Source of the DNA: Ranitomeya imitator
Lineage: Eukaryota
Direction of reading: 5' to 3'
DNA length: 64,000 nucleotides
Assembly (NCBI RefSeq): GCF_032444005.1
Contig: NC_091284.1
Span: 103,726,001 to 103,790,000 of the forward strand
Position 1 is the stretch's first letter. Each line of letters opens with the position of its first letter. Made by a program: the position numbers and the translations under genes. The notes under the pieces are model-generated. The model was not told the DNA's origin. It did not search any database and saw only the letters and a program-made list of their open reading frames with translations. Below, in pieces: positions 52,437-64,000 of this stretch.

Positions 52437-53310
52437 GGCCGGCCTCACACTCAGGGAAATACGGTCCGTTATTTACGGCCGTAATACGCAGAAAAGTCCC
52501 CAAAATAGTGATCCGTATGTCATCCGTAGGCAGGGTGTGTCAGCGTATTTTGCGCATGGCATCCTCCGTATGTAATCCATATGGCATCCGTACTGCGAGA
52601 TTTTCTCGCAGGCTTGCAAAACGGACATACAATGGATCCATGGGCTCAAATAATCGTAAAAACATATATACTGTCTATATATATATATATGTCAGTGAGA
52701 CAAATATATATATATATATATATATACATTAATATATCATATAGCGCTAGATACCAGAAAAGCCGGTAATTCAATTGCCGGCTTTTCGTATCTCCTTCTG
52801 AAACCCGACATGATATGACAGTAAACCATCTCATATCCCTTCTTTTATTACATATTCCTCTTTAGTAATGGAAGAAGTGTCTGTATGTCATTTGGCCGTT
52901 CTAGCTATTAAAATAAAGGGTTAAATCGCGGAAAAAATTGGCGTGGGCTCCCGCGCAATTTTCTCCACCAGAGTGGGAAAGCCAGTGACTGAGGGCAGAT
53001 ATTAATAGCCTGGAGAGGGTCCATGGTTATTGGCCCCCCCTGGCTAAAAACATCTGCCCCCAGCCACCCCAGAAAAGGCACATCTGGAAGATGCGCCTAT
53101 TCTGGCACTTGGCCTCTCTCTTCCCATTCCCGTGTAGCGGTGGGATATGGGGTAATGAAGGGTTAATGTCACCTTGCTATTGTAAGGTGACATTAAGCCA
53201 GATTAATAATGGAGAGGCGTCAATTCTGACAATTCTCCATTATTAATCCAATTGTATGAAATGGTTAATAAAACACACACACATTATTACAAAGTATTTT
53301 AATGAAATAA
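52437..53310 (+). mobile_element. Truncated copy of the Harbinger-type repeat family seen at 15374-19935
   Basis: TTA|GGCCGGCCTCACAC start. gggcagatattaatagcc...gtattttaatgaaataaa block shared with ~17865-18180. Confidence 0.55.
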
Positions 53311-53599
53311 AGACTCCACAACTCCTTAACACCTTCTACTGCCTCAGACTGATCCAGTCCGTCTCCTGACTGGACCTTCCTGGAACTGACACTGACTTTC
53401 CCTACAGACTACCAGTTATATATATATATGGAGAGTCACCAAGTAGGATCAAAAGCTTCCCCTGGTGGCCTGGAGTGTGAATGTGTTGCATGTTTCTGGT
53501 ACCTGGTTACAGTTATCCCTTTTTGCCTTCAAGTGTAACATCACTCTCTCTGTGAGGAAAGCAATGCTACTGTGACGACCAGGACCCGGGGGCGCCACA
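53310..53599 (-). mobile_element. 5' fragment of an LTR related to 10253-11264
   Basis: Minus strand begins TGTGGCGCCCCCGGGTCCTGGTCGTCACAG, compared with TGTGGCACCCCAGGAGTTTGGGTACCACAG at 10253. Confidence 0.55.
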
Positions 53600-55114
53600 T
53601 CTGCACTGCCCCATTGTATAACATTTGGCCAAATGCAATCCCACAAAGCATTGGATAGCACTCGGCCATGTTATACACCCCCGTGAGTGAGGCCTTCATC
53701 TTAAACACATTATAAAGAAAACTTAACTTTAATTATTTGAAGCAAGAGTTATTTCTATTCAGTGATTATTTTCTGTATTAACCCCTTCATGACCTTTGAC
53801 GTATATTTTTACATCAAAGGTTGTGTCCCTGCCTTTGATGTGGGCTTGGCATGTCAGCCCATATCTTTCCCCACACATGATGACTGATTGAATTAGCCAT
53901 CAAGTGCCTTTAACAGTTGTGGTTGGAAACGTTTCAACCTGTTAAATCCCACTGTCAATCACAAAATGTGACACGGCTGGAAGCGTGTTATTAATCCCAT
54001 CCAACTCTGCCCGGTCACGTCATTGCGGGGCACCAATGGCTTCTCATTGTAAATCTCCTGATCTCATAGGAGATCGTTATTTTTACTATACACAGCAAGG
54101 TTGAAGCCTGTAGAAAAGTTGTTGCTTCCATACAATGAAGGTTTTAGCATCAGGAGATTATCACTGTCAGACTAGTTCCCATGTGCCAAGTGGTCTGACC
54201 ACGCCCCCTAATGTAATAAGCAGCTCACTCTCTATAGACTATGTACACAGACAGCTGTGGTATGGACAGGGGCAGCTTTTGAGCTCTGCTACATGCTACA
54301 TCTAAGAACTCTGAGATACATCAGGGTCTCTGCACCTACATTAAGCTGCTCTCAGATGAAGTAGCAAAAAACTGGTGACAGATTCCCTTTACATTTTTAA
54401 GGTTAATTTTTTGTTTGTTCTTTTCTTCTATTGATCTTTCCCTACGCAGATTATATCTATGGTTTGTGATGTGTTGAGGGACATAAAAGCCGGGGCCTGG
54501 GCCTGGGCCCTCTGATTCTGAATTTTGGCCAGGAATTTGTATTCAGTTGTTTGTCAGTTGTTTCAAAGAAAAAAAGTGGAGCTCCCAGGAATTGTCCTCA
54601 AGCTTTCCGGAAATCCTAACCCGCTATGGATGAAGCATGTATGACATACAATAAAGTCTTTTTTTCATATATCTAATCACACACTGCACATATTGTTTCA
54701 AAACCCTGCGTGTGTTTGTAGTATATATATATTATCCTATTCTCTCTACTTTCTGCAGTATGATCTTTATTATTTATATCCACAAAGGAAGTTGTCAAAA
54801 CTAATGACTGGCTGGACGATACATAGGTCCCTTTGTATGTAGGTTTAAATATTTGCAATTTCTGAAATTCTGCTTGAAAAACTGTCAGCATTGGGTCAAA
54901 GGTTACAGCAAGTTATCAGAAGTCTAGAATAAAGGGGCTTCTCTCCTATTTCTCTACAATACGTCCTTACTTAAAGGGGCTATTCTGGACATTTTTTTCC
55001 TATGGGTCTAAGAACTTACCGGCATGTTGTTGCTAACTACGTGCCTGATCTGTCCCATGAAGTTCTCTCCAGGCATTTTCTTAAAGGTATTGGCCACTTT
55101 ATTTTATTTATTAA

Positions 55115-55495
55115 CTAGCTGAAGAGCCCGGTGTTGCCTGGGCATAGTAACTAACTGTGGTTAGTTATAGCACCTCACTTCTCTCATTTTCCCCTCACTC
55201 CTCTCATTTTCCCCCTCACATCTCTCATTTTCCCGCTCACTTCTCTCATTTTCCCATCAGGCCTCTCATTTTCCCCCTCGCATCTCTCATTTTCCCCCTC
55301 ATATCTCTCATTTTCCCCTTCGCATCTCTCATTTTCCCCCTCACATCTCTCATTTTCCCCTCACTCCTCTCATTTTCCCCCTTACATTTCTCATTTCCCT
55401 CACTCCTCTTATTTTCCCCCTCATAACTCTTATTTTCCCATCATGCCTCTTATTTTCCCCTTCGCATCTCTCATTTTCCCCCTCACTTCTCTCAT
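55115..55495 (-). mobile_element. Helitron-like 3' fragment with ~20-bp CTCTCATTTTCCCCCTCACAT minisatellite
   Basis: Minus strand GCCCAGGCAACACCGGGC hairpin, then CAGCTAG|T at 55115/55114. Confidence 0.6.
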
Positions 55496-56327
55496 AAATG
55501 TGTCAGGGACATGATTTCTTGCTCTTATTAATATATAAGACATATTACAGATACTCCTCCTGCACCTGTTTGTGCCGCCTGCCTCACAGACTGCACAGCT
55601 CTGCTGTACACAATGTGGCTGTCGGTGAAGGAGCCTGTGACCAGATCAATTTATGGCCTCTCCAAATGGAAAAACATTGCACATGGCAAAACAGTTTTTC
55701 AATTGGAGGAGGCCATGGACAGTTCTGGTCTCAGGCTCCTCCGTCCCCTGAGAACAGCAGAGCTGTGCAGTCTGTGATGACGGCGGCACTCACAGGTGCC
55801 GGAGGAGAATCTGTGATACTTACGGTATCTATTAATAAATACACAAAATCCTGTCCCCAACGGCACATCTGTTAAAGTACCATGGCCAACCCCTGTAAGT
55901 TGTGTTTAGTAGCCCAAACAGATGCCTAATTTTGATTAAAAAAAAATAAGTTTAAAGACTGCTCGTGCCATAGGTGAAATATCTGATTAGTGAAGAGAAA
56001 GCCAGCTCATCTAGTACTTGGAGTCCAGCTTGCACAGAACCAGGTGGATCCTCACCAGATAATATGCTCAAGGAAAAAAAAGTTGTTGTTCCAGCGTCTG
56101 CAAGCTGTGATAAAGAACGCAAGTGAGCGTTCAAAACGCGTCTTGCTCCCTTGTCCTGTCTATGCAGCCTTTGTAATTGTTGTAAATTTTTAATGGACTT
56201 AAAATAAAGAAAGAACTATTTTACCAGACACTGGAACAACGACTTTTTTTTCCTTGAAATATCTGTTTGCTTGGGCGGTAAATGCAGTTTTACAAAGTAC
56301 AGGACCAGAATAGAGGTGATGGCTTGG

Positions 56328-56781
56328 GCGACTTTCACATATCAGGTTTTCGCCGTCAGGCTCAATCTGGCTAATTTTGAAGAAACCGGATCCAGCAAAA
56401 GATGCATCTTGATCCGTTTTTTTCTCATAGACTTATATAAGCACCGGATTGTGCCGGATTGCCATTGTCCGTTTTTCTCCAGATCCGGTGAAAATTTGTT
56501 TTCCGGCATCTGGAAAAAAAACGTACACAGTAAAGTTTTTTGTCTGTGGCGAAAAACCAGACAGCGCCGTCCGACGCTTCCGGCTTTTTGCTAGAAATTT
56601 TGGCGCCGGATTCCGTTTTTTTTAACTGAGCATGCTCCAATTTTTTTTAGATCCAATTATCTGGATGTTAGTCGGACCCGTCGAAAAAACGGATCTGTCG
56701 CATCAGTTTTTCCCAATATGCGATGGAACCGTTTTTTTCAACATTCGACGGATTGTGCAAAAACCTGATGTGTGAAAGCAG
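56328..56781. mobile_element. Harbinger-type MITE (CCGGA-rich foldback)
   Basis: CTTTCACATATCAGGTTTT ... AAAACCTGATGTGTGAAAG inverted termini. Confidence 0.55.
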
Positions 56782-57419
56782 CTTTAGAAGTAAAACGCAA
56801 CAGACAAATTCCCTTTAACAACCCGTCTGCCATCATCTGTTACCTATGTGTGTTCTGTGCTGGTCTTGTCCAGTCCGCTGTATGTAGAGGTAGCACGCGT
56901 ACCCCCGCTCTCTAGGATGGGCTGTACTCTTGGAGAGGAGCAGTTGGACTTTGAGATATCGTGTTCTACTGATCAGTGGAGATCCCGGCACTCTGATCTC
57001 CACTAGTCTCATTTTTATCATCCAATTTTGATAAATGTGAATGGCTTGAATACCTCTTTAAAAAAATATTAATCTCAGACATTTTGTTCTCTCATGCCCA
57101 CGTGGCGTATCTGCTCCGATGTCCTCACCAGTCTATATTTGTGCAGCCACTTGATGACGAGTCGTCTTTCATCAGTAATATTACATTTCATCAAAGGTCT
57201 GGATACCGGCACACTTATTTCATATATAAGCTCTTAGTCAAATAATTGCCTAATTTGTACCTTGCTCATCTAGAGTACAAATAATGTATGCTATTGGAAA
57301 TGTTTAACCCTTTACAACTGGGGAATATCATACCATATAAGTGATTTTCTGTTAAGGCCAATTATACAACATATATGAAAGTGCACCATACTGACAGATT
57401 ATAAATATGAAACTCTTTT

Positions 57420-58590
57420 GGGGTGTGTCTCTATCAGCTTCTGACATCAAGAGACTGACATTTTTGCCCGTTTTTCTTTGCAAACTAGTTCTAGGTCAGT
57501 GATCTAGCCTGTGACCAGGCCATCCAAATACAGGAATATGCTTTGTTCTAAACCATTACATCGTAGCTCTGGCAGTATGTGTAGGCTCATTGTCCTGCTG
57601 AAAGGTGAACCTATGCAACAGTCTCAAGTTTTTTGCAGACTGTAGCTAGTTTTTCTCTAAAATTACCCAGTATTTAGCGCCATCCATCTTTTCATCAGCT
57701 TTGACCGGCTTCCCTGTCCCTACTGACGAAAAGCATCCTCACACCATGATGCTACCAACACCATGTTTGATGGTAGGGATGGTGTTTTCAGGGTGATCTG
57801 CAGTGTTAGTTTTCTGCCCCACATAGCATTTTGCATTTAGCCAAAAATCTCATCTGACCAAAGTACTTTTTACACATGCCATGTAGGGGATACAGCTAGC
57901 ATATGGAAGAAGGTGCTCTGGTCAGAGGAGACAAACTTGAACTGTGTTTGGTGTAAAACTATCACTGCACATCACTGTGAAAACACTATACTCACCGTCA
58001 ATCATGGTGGTGGAAGCATCATGCTGTCAGGATGCTGTTTTTCAGCAAGTATAGAGAAGCTGGTCAAAGTTGATGGGAAAATGGATGGAACTAAATGCAG
58101 GCAATTATGTAGAAAAACCTGCTAGAGGCTGCAAAAGACTTGAGACTTATGCATAGGTGCACTGTCCAACAGGACAACAACCCTAAACATACTGCCAGAG
58201 CTACAATGAAATGGTTTAGATCAAAGTATATTCACATGTGTGCATGACCCCCTCAGTCCAGACCTAAATCCCATTGAGAATATGAGGCGAGACTTGAATA
58301 TTGCTGTTCACAGAGGTCTCCATCCAATCTCACTGAGTTAGAGCTAATTTGCAAAGAAGAATGGACAAAAATGTCAGCTTCTAGATGTTCAAAGCTGGTA
58401 GAGACACACCGAACAGGCTTGCAGCAGTAATTGCAGCGAAATGTGCTCCTACAAAGTAATGACTCAGGGCCCAGGGGCTGAATACAAATGCAAATCACAA
58501 TTTTCAGATTTATGTTTTAAAAATATTTAGAAAACTATGTATCATTTCCTTTACACTTCACAAATACTTGCAACTTTGTGTTGGTATATC
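57420..58590. mobile_element. Two old Tc1 3' halves joined head-to-head (57420-57885 on -, 57900-58590 on +)
   Basis: Both begin at the W..VLWSDE motif and read outward through HGGGSIM/HGVGSIM-like motifs. Confidence 0.65.
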
Positions 58591-61039
58591 ACTGTAACTT
58601 GATCATCCATAGAATCTGCTGTTAATGTAAAATACAGCACCCTCCTGTGTCACAGGTCATCGGCAGAGCTAATACTAGTATGCTAGGACCCAAAAAACAG
58701 CAGAAAAAATGCAGCACCGCTTACCTGCCCAGGTCTATGAACAAATGCACTACAGGATGCAGCCAGCCCATACAGCAAGATGTTGGCAACACAGGTGCAA
58801 AATACTAAATAGACAGCCACTATTAGTTACTTGCCTACTATTTGATTAGGCGGGCTGGCCAGCACTCTCAAAGCAACAAAGAGGACTAAAATCCTCCAAA
58901 AATTAAAAAAAAACAGCAGAAAAAAAGATTTTAGTCCTCTTTGTGACTTTGTTATTAGTTTTATGCTAGGACCCAGCATCGCTGCTGTGCTGGGCAGATA
59001 CTTGTCGATCATGCTAGCACCAGACACTACAGAAAAACACTGGTAATGCCGATGCTTCTGTATACTTCATACATTGAGTACTATTATCTAGCAAAAGAGA
59101 AGACAGAAGCTGTAATAAACCACTTTTGTCTTCTCCCCAGGTTCTCCAGCAGTGTCTGACAATCAGCGATCCAACCTGCTCATGCCAGACTACAGGCGCT
59201 TTAACCCTGCACCATAAAATTACAATGGCACGGGGTTAAAGCCCATGGCTAAGTGCTGTACATTTCCACCACTTGGCCATTAGTAGGTTGAAATGATAAA
59301 TTATTGCATTTACTAATGATGTTGAAAATACGAAGACTGAGGACAGACATACACAGCAATCTAGGGTATTAATGGTCGCCTGACAGGTCCATTTTAAATG
59401 AGATTTGAAGGTTAAACATTATGTCCAAAGGTCCTATAAACTGACGACAGCCCAGGTTTCCATTCACTGTGCAGACTAGAAAATAAAAGAAAGGTTTTTA
59501 TGATTGTTTTGGCCAACATGAAAACTTTTTCTGAAAATTAAAAAAAGAGAGATTTTCTCTGACACAAAATATGGTTGACCAACCAAAGAACTGGCGATTG
59601 TAGGTATTTATCGCTGAAAGAAGGCCTATCACATCTAAAAAATGCAAAAAAGTGACTGGAGGTTTAGAAAAAGCAATGTACAATATATGAATGCGTCTAA
59701 ATGGGCAGAAATTCAGAAAAACACAAATTGGGCTAAAGTTTTCCTCACCGTCTGCCAGAAGCCTGAAGTTCACTCAGTAATGAACATTAAGATTTATCAG
59801 CCATGTAACAAAATGTTCCTGTGTATTATGCGGTGCAGGTAACGGAGGAGCGTGCAGGTGCTTCTGTAAGACAAGGGTATTGTTTTTTCTACTTGAAGAG
59901 AAAATCGCTTCCTGTAAAGGGTTAATCCTCGATAAGGGTAGGGGACATCACTGTTGTAAGTGTTAATCTAATCTCTCTCAGAGACTACAGAAAATACACT
60001 GAGAAGTTGTGACAGGATTTACCTATACAACTCCTTCTTCTTCATAATACACAGGAACCTGTCATGTATTGCTTCTTATATAACATCATCCAGTAAGAAG
60101 AAAGACGCAGCACATATCTCTGCTGTGCTTCCATGCTGCGTACAGTGGTAGCTGCCAGCCCAGAGACAGGAAGTCACACAGAGCTGACAGGAAACAGAGA
60201 AAATCTCCACTTTAGTCGACTTTAGCCTCCCTCTCTTAAAATGTTACATCTTTGACTACTAAATTAGACCTGAACTTTACTTGTGACCTTAGATTTTGAA
60301 ATATACTATAGCCACATCTTAATATACAAGTCCACGAACTCGTGGACGACTCAAATATTACGTGCCAACAGATCTACTTCTACAATAACACGTGATGGTT
60401 CCACTTTCTTGGTTACCTTCTGTATGTGAGTTGAGACTACTTGCTTTAACTGTCTTAGTCCCAGGTACTTATTAATCTGCGTATCTTGACCTGCATGTTC
60501 AACTATAATTTAGTAATGGAACTTTAGATTTTCTTATTAATTAAGGTGGTATCTCTATACTTCTTGGCATGACATCTCTTGGAGATCTTCATTGTTCATT
60601 AGCCTTGTTATTATCACTAAACAATATTTGTAATTTGCTGGACATCAGTTTGATGTTACAAGTTCAGAGGTTGATGTGTATAGCACACATGGAAAAAGAT
60701 AAAGGTGACCAGCAGTGCCCACTTGGCAGAAGAGGAGTATGATGTTGATACCAACGAATTATTAACTTTTCTTTGGTATTGTGACATTGACATCTGAGAA
60801 CCACATATTTTTTTACAGATACCGAAAAAGTAACCTAGTGGTTAGGGTATATTACATAATGTCAAATATTTAACTTATTCACTTACTGACACACGAGAAA
60901 TATCCAACACACATGACGTATTAGAGGCTGGAGGATCCCTGTTCTTCAGATGAATATGAGTCCAAATGTTGGACCCTCCCTTGTCCGATGTTTATAGTGT
61001 ACCCTTTCAGATAAAGGTCTGTGGGTTTAATATTCGATA

Positions 61040-62260
61040 CAATACGATACACTTCTTTGATCCTGGGGGAAATTACGGTATTACAGCAGCAATACAAACA
61101 GCAGTGCCTAAAATATCTGGACACAAATCTTGCACAAGTATACCAATATTACATAACAAATAAATGTGGGTAGTTCAGGTATATAAGTCACTGTTAATTG
61201 ACATTAGTACACCAGTAGTCATTGTTTTCTACTACCCATAGGAAATGATTATACATCCCCATAGCAAACAAACGATTTCCTGAATTTCTCCTTCTTACAC
61301 CTTAGTAGGATTGGGCGGCTGCTGAATGTGCTCTTCTGCTTCAAGAACAGCTCGTATATTGGGTTTGTATTACTGATCATTATAGCTCTACACTTCTTCT
61401 GAATTCTATCCTCCAATACTTCCTCAAAAGAGTCCAGATGGAGACCAACAGCTGCGCTTGCCTTCTTGATAAGTTTGTTGATCTTATTAGCGTCAGATAT
61501 TCGCATACTACTGCCCAAGCATATGATAGCAAAAATGATGGCACTTGCCACAACGGACTGGTAGAACATTTCCAGCATTTTACTGCACACATTGAATGAC
61601 CTGAGCTTCCGAAGACAGTACAGTCTGCTCATTCCCTTCTTGTAAACCTTTTCTGTATGACACCTCCAATCGAGTTTACTGTCAAGGTGAACCCCCAAAT
61701 ATTTGTAGCTCTCAACAATCTCAACCTCCTGGCCAGCAATATTGATTGGTAAGTAATCCTCCTTTTTCTTTCTATAACTTACCACCAACTCCTTGGTTTT
61801 CTTTACATTTAGTTCTAGACAGTTAGTCCGGCACCCATCCACAAAGTCAGAAACCACCCCTCTATATTCCTCCTCCCCCCGGCCCAAGACACAATGCCCC
61901 CTACAATCACTGAGTCATCTGAGAATTTTTGGAGGTGACAAAAATCTGATTTATACTGAAAGTCAGCTGTATACAATGTGAAGAGGAAGGGTGACAGCAC
62001 TGTACCCTGAGGGGCTCCAACACTGCTCCGTACCCTGCCAGATACCACCTCCCCATCCTTACAAACTGCGGCCTGTCCGTCAGGTAGTCGTTTATCCAGT
62101 TCACCATCCCCTCATCTACCGCCATATCAGTCAACTTATTACGTAGTAAGGGAGGCTGTAAGGTATTGAAAGCACTTGAGAAGTCAAAGAACATGGCGTG
62201 AACTACAGATCCATCATTGTCCAAGAATGAATGTACTGTATGTAGCAGAGACATACAGTG
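61040..62260 (-). mobile_element. Rex1/Babar LINE RT fragment, 5'-truncated and frameshifted
   Basis: MFFDFSSAFNT, GAPQGTVLSPFLFTLYT, KFSDD, YKYLGVHLD, RLYCLRKLRSF. Short GTATC/GTATT tail near 61045. Confidence 0.88.
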
Positions 62261-62296
62261 CATTTGGCTACCATATACTTTGATTGGAATGTTATC

Positions 62297-63091
62297 TGTT
62301 ATGACCTGGTGGTTAGGAGCACCCGGAATGACCTGATAGTTAAACCTCATACAGGACGAGCTCTGGGATGTGGGAGCTCTGCTGACCGCAAGCCCTAATC
62401 CTATCACACACACTAGAAATAGCCGTGGAGCGCTCCTGACCAGACCTAGGCACCTCGTCACAGCCTAAGAACTATCTAGCCCTAGAGATAGAAAATAAAG
62501 CCTACCTTGCCTCAGAGAAATTCCCCAAAGGTAAAGGAAGCCCCCCACATATATTGACTGTGACTAAAGATGAAAGTCACAAACGCAGAAATGAAATAGG
62601 TTTCAGCAAAGGGAGGCCAGACTTACTAAATAGACAGAGGATAGGAAAGGTAACTTTGCGATCAGCACAAAAACCTACAAAAGACCACGCAGAGTGAACA
62701 AAAAAGACCTCCGCACCGACTCACGGTGCGGAGGGGCCACTCTGCATCCCAGAGCTTCCAGCTAGCAAGACAAAATCATGAAAACCAGCTGGACAAGAAA
62801 ACAGTGAACAAATAATGACTATCAGGAACTTAGCTTCTGCAGGAGAAGGCAGGTCACCAGAGAGATCCAGGAGCGAACTGAACCAATGCAAAAACATTGA
62901 CAGCTGGCATGGAGTAACGATCTGAGAGGAGTTAAATAGAGCAGTCAACCAAAGGATAAACCACGTCACCTGTGTAAAGAACCTCAGAAGCAGCAGCTTC
63001 ACTCACAGCCACCAGAGGGAGCCCATAGACAGAACTCGCCGAAGTACCATTCACGACCACAGGAGGGAGTTCGACAACAGAATTCACAACA
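62297..63091 (-). mobile_element. Solo LTR of the 6816-7626 family, 6-bp TSD GTTATC
   Basis: TGTTATGACC ... GAATTCACAACA on +. GTTATC at 62291-62296 and 63092-63097. Confidence 0.9.
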
Positions 63092-63563
63092 GTTATCCAC
63101 CTTAAAGGTATTCAGAAATAGATTAGAAACCATATTCCAGTCTGATGTGTATAGAAGAAAGGAACTGGTCTGGCCTACTAAAGAAGATTATCTAAGTGCC
63201 TTTAGCTTATAATACCAGGGTGGGGAGCCTTATCCTTTTCTCCTGCCCCTGACAATTTCCAAGGGACCTCAGTGCTTGGGCCGGTGGTCCAGTTTTGACG
63301 GCTGCAGGCCCTTTAATTCCGCATTACGCTGCGAGCAGGCGCATGGAGAATTCACTACCGAACACCAGTGCCAGCATCAGGATGCAATCTGTGGGTGGAG
63401 TTAGCACTCTCTGCACTCCTGTCCCGCTGATGGAGACAACATCCCATATCTCCTATGTATATGCTGCAACCCAGTGAACCCTTATGTGATGTATATGCTG
63501 CAGTCCCAGTGAATCTTTTGTGATGTATATGCTGCAGCCCCAGTGAATCCTATGCGATGTATA

Positions 63564-64000
63564 TGAGTCACCCCGCCAGGGCCTGGGGTACTTGGCACAG
63601 GTCCGGTACTCACAGGGGGATGTCATGGTGGCGGCAACCTGGTCCGTGGTCCTGGGTGCCCATGTAAAAGGGAATAGTCTTTTAAGGGTTTGGTGAATAA
63701 AGTTGGTATTCGTGACGCCACCTGTGGTTTTCAATCAGTAGGGACCGATGCAGCATAAAGGGGTCCTCTAGGGTGATGTTACTGCAGCAAGATAGTGATG
63801 CTTCCCACATGTAAAGTGGAATCCCCAGGGCTCCCAACGTGTATAGCACAAATGGTGTGGTGGATGGTATAGTAAAAAACGAGGACACAGGTTTGCAGTC
63901 TTTACCTGGTTTACTGATGGTAGCAGTCAGCCTCAGTCCAGGGTAGCAAGTGCAGGGGTAGCTGTGGTCTGGCCAGCTTGGAGGCAATAGGGGATCCCTC
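63564..64000 (-). mobile_element. 3' part of an LTR related to 10253-11264, runs off the window
   Basis: Minus strand ...ACCACAGGTGG...GTGACATCCCC-like block, ending GGCGGGGTGACTCA at 63564. Confidence 0.7.

Noticed and set aside
57145-57185. Minus-strand CTGATGA followed by a GAC-GACTC-GTC hairpin
   Set aside because: No GAAA or helix III follows. Probably chance.
59125-59216. Good splice acceptor (TTTTGTCTTCTCCCCAG at 59140) followed by a short frame
   Set aside because: The peptide does not resemble SLC13 exon 2 or anything I recognise, and there is no supporting donor.
59910-59980. GTTAAT and GATAAG motifs suggesting an HNF1/GATA enhancer
   Set aside because: Only half-sites, expected by chance in AT-rich DNA.

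Overview
Vertebrate genomic DNA. The repeat families look anuran (frog); this is my inference and cannot be confirmed from the sequence alone. Most of the window is intergenic or intronic and packed with nested transposons and minisatellites. The one host coding feature I can support is the first coding exon of an SLC13-family Na+/carboxylate or sulfate cotransporter (+, 21215-21319). No exon 2 is recognisable in the following 42.6 kb. The largest feature is an 11.3-kb hAT transposon (32011-43286, 8-bp TSD). Its 1189-codon transposase frame has one premature stop at codon 34, and the element carries three internal tandem arrays. Also present are two full-length degraded Tc1 elements, a head-to-head pair of Tc1 halves, solo LTRs of at least two families, CR1, Rex1/Babar and L2 fragments, Helitron-like elements and many MITEs. 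The most interesting signal is a set of short non-coding elements carrying minimal type-I hammerhead-ribozyme-like motifs followed by AATAAA (about 2050, 14280/14525, 43730, 44770, and a degenerate one at 56120). Two are bracketed by 14-bp target-site duplications and two form long palindromes. They look like non-autonomous Penelope-type or retrozyme-like retroelements. Catalytic activity is untested.
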